IMG/VR virus record: IMGVR_UViG_2595698517_000001 | Span: 64,001 to 128,000 of that record | Direction: 5' to 3' (one strand) | Source of the DNA: a virus | Lineage: Duplodnaviria; Caudoviricetes | DNA length: 64,000 nt | Shown here: piece by piece, positions 57,689 to 64,000 of the stretch | Position numbering within the stretch: position 1 is the stretch's first letter | How the letters are laid out: every line of letters starts with the position of its first letter | Program-made: the position numbers and the translations under genes | Notes under the pieces: generated by a model | What the model was told of the DNA's origin: nothing | The model's input: only the letters and a program-made list of their open reading frames with translations | Databases searched by the model: none

Positions 57689-60379
57689 TTATGCTAGTTT
57701 ACTGTTTACTTTTTGTTTTAGTTCTTGTAACTCTGCGTAAACCTCTTGTAGACCTTTCCACGATAATGTTGCCATACCGTAAGAGTCTACCGTATCTGCT
57801 CCTGAGATAAGTTCAGGTGCTTCCTCTGCAATAAGTCCAATCTTAACTTGTTGGCTTGCGTCCCCTTTATATGTGTAAGTCTTTGCTACCGAAGAGTTGA
57901 TAATTTCCATTGCACTGCCTTTAAATACCTCGATGTTATCTTTGTACTCTCTAGAAGATGCGTTGTTCAGGTTCCCTGCAAGTTCACACCAATTTGTATT
58001 GCTTGAGTTTCTTGCTTCCAATCTACCTTGGAAGTTGTTGTAGTTAACGTACCATTTAAGGATACCGCCATCACTACCAAATTGGATACATCTTCCAGAG
58101 TAGTTCTCGTGTGTGAAGAATGATAAAAACTTACGGTCGTCATGATAGAAGTCATGACCATTGACGTGCGAACGGTACTCGTTGGGTTGAGTTGAACCTT
58201 TACCAATACCGAATAATAGTCTAGCCCTATTATCCGAATCTTTAAGCGACCATGTATTACCGCTACCTGCATCGGGTTGACCTTTGATATTTCCAAATAC
58301 ATCAAAGTAAACTCCACCACTGTTTTGTGAATAGAAATCTCCACCGAATCTAAGGTTTCCTGTATTCGGAAACTGATAGAAGATGTTTTGGTTGTTCATT
58401 CTCATTGCGTAGTCTAGTACACCGAATGTACTATAATCGGCAGCATTTGTAGACCCTGCTGTTTTACCTGGTCTTAGGAAGTTTAACCCTTGACCTGTAG
58501 AACTTACTGGACTACTGAAGTAGATACAGTTAACTGCCATGAAGTCTCCACCGTTGGCGTGTAAGCTCCACTTACCTTGTGCGATCCACTGGTTAGCCTT
58601 TAATTTAAGTATACCATCAACATCCAAGTCCCCTGCTATTTCGAGCCCGTTTGCTGCACTCGTAGGGAACTTATTGACACCTAAAGTCTTCTTCACTGTA
58701 TCGATAAAGAAGATTGGCGTACCGACTGCTACAGTTCTAGTTGCTGTTACAGTAGACCCTACTTTGTCCGTAACCGTAATTAGTACGTCCCATGCAATAG
58801 TGTTATCCAGGTTTACTGTAACATTTGTTGCTGTAAAGTTAGGGAACCCTGTAACTGTAAAGTTCGCTGCTGTATTGTAAGTACCACCTACCTGTCTGTA
58901 TTGATATTTAGCTGAAGTAATTGCGTTCTTATTCACTCCACCGATAGTCAATGGTGACGCAGAGCCGCTTAACTTTAGTGTTGTAGAGGTCTCAAAGTTA
59001 TTTAAACGGTCTGCACTAGTTGCTAAAGTAGGTGGGGAATAAGCTAACATTAATATAACAGAAGATGCAGATGTTCTATTACCTCGGCTGTCAATTGCTG
59101 TAACTGTTATTGTAGCGTTAGAAGCCGCATCTACGGTACCAAAGTTAAGTGTAAGGTCTGTTGTAGCATAGTTAATAGACTGGGTTGCCCCGTTCACTGC
59201 TACCTCATATCGAACCATTGTAGCGCTGTTCTGTGCTACAGCTTTAGCAGTCGCAGGAATCTTAACTTGCAACGTAGATTTATTCTGTACCAGGTACTGG
59301 TTATTCCCTGTAAGAGTAGTCGTTGTAGCATTTGTATCTAAATAAGTAAATCCTCCTGTGTATGTAGGGTTACTATTTACAACCCGCAGGTTAACTTTCT
59401 TATTCTGATCCTTCGGCAAACCATCGTTAATCTCTACCCCGTTATACTTCGTACTTGCCCAAACGTTAGCTTGTTTCACATTGTCGTTTGGTGTTTGTTG
59501 ATACATCTTAGCTATGTCTGCATCATCAAAGGTCATTGTGAACGTTTTCCCTACTCCTGTAGAGAATGTTTTTGTAAAGCTACCGAATGTAAATACTAAA
59601 GAATAAGCGAACTCTGAGTAGTAATAATCCAAGGTTACAGGTACGTTTTTCGTTCCAATATCGAAATCAGACAGCACAGGTGTAGCAGGTGTGGCACCAT
59701 ATACAGTTCCCCACTTCTCTGTCTCTCCGATTACACTACCATTGTACCATGTCTGTACCTTAATCTTTACAGGTCGGTTCTCGTAACCGCCTATAGCTTG
59801 ATACAAAATGGTTGTTTCTTCTTTAGTGAAGTAGAATGTTACGTTATCCCCTACATTACCTCTCCAAGCAATCGCTGCCATACTGTTATCAGGCTTCTGC
59901 ACTTCTACTGTAACGATATGGTCAAAAGCTGTTGAAGCACGGTTAATCGAAATAGGTAGAGGTTCGATCGCTGCTGTCCAACTAATATTAGACGACACCG
60001 TACTTGCTCGTGGGATACGATCCAAGTCTACGTATACTACTGCATCGTTAATAGAGAATACATCCGTATAACCACTCGCACCAATACGTAAGTTTTTAGA
60101 ACCGTCAGAGTTATGGTTTACTCTAAAGTTACCGCTAACTACTAATGTGTTAGAGTTGTATGTAAATGAGAATCCTGTTGTGTTTACTGCTTGTTGCCCG
60201 TCTACATATAACCCGAAGGTACCCGTACCATATGTTGTATACCCTGTGTTTGTACGAGAGAAACGCATCTCTACGTATACGTCACTATAGTTCCCACCAG
60301 TGTTCGGGGTACTGCGCCAATTGACAGTACCCGCTACATATTTATTACTGGTAGAGACTCCAAATGAACCACTTGCCAT
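57689..60379 (-). CDS. DUF859-like tail fibre/spike with C-terminal S74 intramolecular chaperone
   Basis: MASGSF..NYSDVYV..IPRAS N-terminus; SSREYKDNI..IGLIAEE. Confidence 0.8.
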   Translation of the reverse strand: MASGSFGVSTSNKYVAGTVNWRSTPNTGGNYSDVYVEMRFSRTNTGYTTYGTGTFGLYVDGQQAVNTTGFSFTYNSNTLVVSGNFRVNHNSDGSKNLRIGASGYTDVFSINDAVVYVDLDRIPRASTVSSNISWTAAIEPLPISINRASTAFDHIVTVEVQKPDNSMAAIAWRGNVGDNVTFYFTKEETTILYQAIGGYENRPVKIKVQTWYNGSVIGETEKWGTVYGATPATPVLSDFDIGTKNVPVTLDYYYSEFAYSLVFTFGSFTKTFSTGVGKTFTMTFDDADIAKMYQQTPNDNVKQANVWASTKYNGVEINDGLPKDQNKKVNLRVVNSNPTYTGGFTYLDTNATTTTLTGNNQYLVQNKSTLQVKIPATAKAVAQNSATMVRYEVAVNGATQSINYATTDLTLNFGTVDAASNATITVTAIDSRGNRTSASSVILMLAYSPPTLATSADRLNNFETSTTLKLSGSASPLTIGGVNKNAITSAKYQYRQVGGTYNTAANFTVTGFPNFTATNVTVNLDNTIAWDVLITVTDKVGSTVTATRTVAVGTPIFFIDTVKKTLGVNKFPTSAANGLEIAGDLDVDGILKLKANQWIAQGKWSLHANGGDFMAVNCIYFSSPVSSTGQGLNFLRPGKTAGSTNAADYSTFGVLDYAMRMNNQNIFYQFPNTGNLRFGGDFYSQNSGGVYFDVFGNIKGQPDAGSGNTWSLKDSDNRARLLFGIGKGSTQPNEYRSHVNGHDFYHDDRKFLSFFTHENYSGRCIQFGSDGGILKWYVNYNNFQGRLEARNSSNTNWCELAGNLNNASSREYKDNIEVFKGSAMEIINSSVAKTYTYKGDASQQVKIGLIAEEAPELISGADTVDSYGMATLSWKGLQEVYAELQELKQKVNSKLA

Positions 60380-60400
60380 TATGTTTTCCTCCAATCATTT

Positions 60401-63400
60401 TTAGCTATTGTTAGGGACGAATGCCCAACCTGTAGCTGTGGCACTTTGTATAGAAAGGATTTTTATATTCCCTAGTGTAATCTCACTTGTTGCTCGAAGC
60501 TTTTTCGTTACTGTTTCATCTCCGTTTAGGTAGAATACTTTTTCGAATGTTCCGTTATTTTGGTAATATCCTGCAAACTCTGACGGTGTAATTTGAGTGA
60601 AACCAATCTCACTACCATTAGCATCTAACTGGGATACACGGATACCGTTAATGTTCATTCGGATGTTTGTATTGTATAGCTCTCCTGTAGCTAGAGTCCA
60701 TTGTAAAGCAACGTCACCGATGTTTAACATGATCCCTGATACAATAGCTTCTACGTTAGCATATCCGATGAAACGTATTCTTACTTTATCTTTTGTAGGA
60801 GTAAACGTAAGGTATCTAGCTTCGAATCCATTTGTTGTCTGATTGCTGTTGTCCGCTATTTGGTTCCCAGGAGGTACAACCCAAACTGACCCATTATACT
60901 CTTGAACTTGAATCCAAAAACGATAACTTGTATCTGCTCCTTTTGTCATCTTGTTCAGGTACCAACCTAATGTGTAGGGCTGTCCAGGAATAACTGATAC
61001 GTCTTGGTAGATTCCTGTCTCTTGCCCGTTGGCTTTAAAGTAGAAACCCCTACCGAACCCTAAGTTATCTAGTGCAGAGTTTGAAATCGTGTCTACTAAG
61101 TAAGCAGTCGTTAAGCTCCAAAAATCTCTGTCACTATAACCGATAGAATTCTTAATTAAGTTCATTCCGCCTGTCGCAGAGAACTTAGCAGTAATGTCTG
61201 TAGCAGTCTGTTTCAGCTCAGATTTCGTTGCGTATGGGGAGAAGTCTAACTTGTCCATAGCATCTTTAATCTTACCGTCCACAGCACCTGAAACGTTATT
61301 CAACTCATCTTTAGAAGCTAAGTTACCAAGGTCACTAGCATTTGCCTTACTCTTTAGCGCTAGAGTGTACTCTCTAGAACTGAAGACGGTATTCGTGATA
61401 GACTCATCTGTAATCTTCTGCTCTGCGTTAGCAATACGTTTTACCATAGACGGAATAATGTAACGTGTATCCTGGTTAACTGTTGCTAAGTTAGTACCAT
61501 ACTTGATTGAACCCTTAGAAATTTCAGGTGTCCAAGCAGGGTAGTAAGTCGTTACAACGTTATCCTTATCCCCCAATAGCTCTAGTATACCATCAAATTC
61601 TACTATCTCTTGGATTGGGTCTTGCAACCTGTATATTAACTGGTAGTAGTTAATCGACTTGTCACTGATTGATGGGGATTCACCTGTAGGTGCAGTGTTA
61701 CCTGAAACCGTAGCACGAGACAAATCTTTATCCCCGATAGGGTGCCACACTTTGACGCCTGTTCCTGTATAGTTCGATCCGAAGGTTCCGTTACACATCT
61801 TCCATCCCAAGAAGTAAGCGTTTATTTCTTCTTTTGTTGGTGTATACGATTCTCCCCAACCACTGTCACTATCTGAAACAGTCACATATAATATATTATT
61901 AGGTGAGTTGATTGCGAACTGGTTATTACCTGCTACGTTCCCGTCATAGTTTAACGAACCTGCATTAGGTTTCACACAGATGCTTCCGCCCGATACAGGA
62001 GTAGAATACGCAAAACCTTGTGCTCTTAGACGCTTAAACCCTGTGTAGTCTACGTTCATGTCCCAGTTCATCTTATCGTCAAGACGAACATCCATCCACT
62101 TTTTTGTCTTAACCGCATTACCGTTTGTTTCCCAAGAGAACGTGTCATTGTTTGTACCATCTCCGTAGAATTTACCCCAAATAGTCAAATCAGTACCACT
62201 ACTAAATACTGGGTTTGTTACAGGTCGGAAACGATTACCTGCCCCTGCCCAAGCTTCCTCAGGTGCAGGAGTATATACAGGGTTCGCAGTATGCTTACCT
62301 ACAGCGATTTTCATGTTTGAGATAGTCAGTTTCCCTACTAAGAAGTTACAACGCATGTTGATTCCGTTGAATGTTGCTACAGTTCCTGCTATAGAGTTAG
62401 TCCCTATATATCTACCGCTTCTATTAGAGCTAGAGAATGTAATAGAAGACGTTAATCCTGGGTACGGGTTACTACCTTGCATATACATAGTACCCGCAGG
62501 TGCGTCCCCCTCCACAGACCAGTCGAACATCACAGTAAACTCCCCTACTCCTGTGATAGGTGCAGAGCTACCTGCAATGAATGTATAAATAGTAGAAGTT
62601 TGGTTATCCCTATTTTCCCCTACCATAGTCTTAGGTGTACCTGTTCCTGCTAATACGTTTCGACCATTAACGTACCAACTATCAACATGACTCCCCTCAA
62701 ATTCAGGTAAACCAAGCGTTGCGATAGGTGGTTTAATATTAACTGGGTTAGCGAACGTAGCTCTCGCATAGTTACCAGTTGTACTAATGGCAGCGATCGT
62801 GTCCTTCGTCATCTTTTCTCCGACTTGATCTGTGTACTCTTTCTGACGATCCTGTACTTCGATTTCGAATAGAGCATAGCGATTGTAGTACTCGTTCCAT
62901 TTAGCGTTCCATGTGTTTCTGTCGATATTGATAGTTGCAGATGATGTAGTATCCCAAGGCTTAACAGGCGTTAATGAAGTAAGATATGTTACTAATGCAG
63001 TGTATGCGTCCCCTAATGGCTTGTAGTTTACACTTGTAGATAGGTTTAACCCAATCTTACGTGCCATTCTTCGGATAGAGTAGAGTTTACCTGCATTGTA
63101 GTTATCATTATCAATCTGAGCTAGGGTAGGCATTGCTTCGTTATAGTTAAGGAATTTACCTACAATGTCGGCAATGTATCCACGGACTAAGCTACGCTCG
63201 AAACGAGTAATCTTTCCATCACTACCTAACGATTCAAGAGAGTCAGCAATCTGATCTACTTGCCCTTGGTCTGCAACGTTAAGACCGAAACTAATGTTAG
63301 AGTACCATACAGTACTTCCTGTTACGTCACGGTTATTTAAGAATCCAATTTTCACATAAGCTGTTCCCCAAGAGAACTGGTTCTGTGCATCATTACCTGA

Positions 63401-64000
63401 ATTATTAAGACCGCTAATTACGCCTGAGTAATTTGTCCATGTCCCAGGGATAGCTGCGTTTTGCACTGCAATATATCGGAATCCTGACCCACTGCTACCT
63501 TGACTCAGTTTTGTACCTGCTTTGACTAGCGCCTTGTTCCACGGAGCACGTAAAGTGATAGTTTTATTTGTAGTATTAATAGCCCCATCAGCCCATAAGT
63601 CTTGTACTGATACGTTTCGAGAGTACGTTAACGGTTGGTATTTATACCCAGTCTTACTTACATAATCCCAAAAAATTAATTTTCTTTGGTGTATTGGTGC
63701 AGTGTTTAACCAGTTAGTAACGTTATCAAGGTATACAACAGTATCCCCAGGCTTCAAGTCCTGTGTTAATGTTGAGAACGTACTTTGTACGTACATATGA
63801 TTCTCCGCATAAATAGGTAATCCGTCCATGTCGTGCTCGTATACACCAACATAGTATTTAGCTCCAACGTACGGATTTGTTTTAGCCCATAGAGACAGCT
63901 TATAAGATTTACTAATGTCTACAGGAATTAATTCATCAGATAGTTTCTGACTTGCTGCCCCGCTATCCTTAAATGAACCTCCACCTGAGTAAGAGTCTGA
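60401..64000 (-). CDS. large tail fibre/host-specificity protein with carbohydrate-binding-like modules (5' end beyond window)
   Basis: Frame open to window edge; GRNVL, GGMNLIKNS modules. Confidence 0.8.
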   Translation of the reverse strand, partial: SDSYSGGGSFKDSGAASQKLSDELIPVDISKSYKLSLWAKTNPYVGAKYYVGVYEHDMDGLPIYAENHMYVQSTFSTLTQDLKPGDTVVYLDNVTNWLNTAPIHQRKLIFWDYVSKTGYKYQPLTYSRNVSVQDLWADGAINTTNKTITLRAPWNKALVKAGTKLSQGSSGSGFRYIAVQNAAIPGTWTNYSGVISGLNNSGNDAQNQFSWGTAYVKIGFLNNRDVTGSTVWYSNISFGLNVADQGQVDQIADSLESLGSDGKITRFERSLVRGYIADIVGKFLNYNEAMPTLAQIDNDNYNAGKLYSIRRMARKIGLNLSTSVNYKPLGDAYTALVTYLTSLTPVKPWDTTSSATINIDRNTWNAKWNEYYNRYALFEIEVQDRQKEYTDQVGEKMTKDTIAAISTTGNYARATFANPVNIKPPIATLGLPEFEGSHVDSWYVNGRNVLAGTGTPKTMVGENRDNQTSTIYTFIAGSSAPITGVGEFTVMFDWSVEGDAPAGTMYMQGSNPYPGLTSSITFSSSNRSGRYIGTNSIAGTVATFNGINMRCNFLVGKLTISNMKIAVGKHTANPVYTPAPEEAWAGAGNRFRPVTNPVFSSGTDLTIWGKFYGDGTNNDTFSWETNGNAVKTKKWMDVRLDDKMNWDMNVDYTGFKRLRAQGFAYSTPVSGGSICVKPNAGSLNYDGNVAGNNQFAINSPNNILYVTVSDSDSGWGESYTPTKEEINAYFLGWKMCNGTFGSNYTGTGVKVWHPIGDKDLSRATVSGNTAPTGESPSISDKSINYYQLIYRLQDPIQEIVEFDGILELLGDKDNVVTTYYPAWTPEISKGSIKYGTNLATVNQDTRYIIPSMVKRIANAEQKITDESITNTVFSSREYTLALKSKANASDLGNLASKDELNNVSGAVDGKIKDAMDKLDFSPYATKSELKQTATDITAKFSATGGMNLIKNSIGYSDRDFWSLTTAYLVDTISNSALDNLGFGRGFYFKANGQETGIYQDVSVIPGQPYTLGWYLNKMTKGADTSYRFWIQVQEYNGSVWVVPPGNQIADNSNQTTNGFEARYLTFTPTKDKVRIRFIGYANVEAIVSGIMLNIGDVALQWTLATGELYNTNIRMNINGIRVSQLDANGSEIGFTQITPSEFAGYYQNNGTFEKVFYLNGDETVTKKLRATSEITLGNIKILSIQSATATGWAFVPNNS

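Noticed and set aside
1066-62588. Many plus-strand ORFs in the track (e.g. 14657-15247, 20920-21489, 21297-21779)
   Set aside because: They lie antisense within well-supported minus-strand genes, lack RBSs and have shadow-frame composition.
57689-64000. Diversity-generating retroelement or invertible tail cassette
   Set aside because: No reverse transcriptase, recombinase or template repeat noticed in the window.
1-64000. tRNA or rRNA genes
   Set aside because: No cloverleaf or T-loop pattern seen in the intergenic gaps; no scan was run.

Overview
64 kb segment of a large lytic Bacillus myophage (Herelleviridae, probably Bastillevirinae; inferred from gene content and order), with essentially all genes on the minus strand. 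In transcription order (right to left): tail fibre/receptor-binding and baseplate genes; an AT-rich gap (~48.0-48.46 kb); the replication module (SF2 helicase, HTH Rep-like protein, DnaB helicase, SbcD/SbcC, primase, dUTPase, resolvase, class I RNR with flavodoxin and thioredoxin, HU, family A DNA polymerase with UDG-like N-terminus, SSB, RecA, sigma factor); a holin; and a dense accessory array. Highlights: a Tad1-family anti-defence sponge; an apparently catalytically dead DHH protein; Thg1-like and RlaP-like nucleotidyltransferases; NrdR-box-like operators at the nrd promoter; a dUTPase with altered motifs; and a self-contained plus-strand promoter-hairpin-terminator unit (sRNA or 41-aa peptide) beside the putative origin. 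All calls come from reading motifs and synteny; no database search was run.
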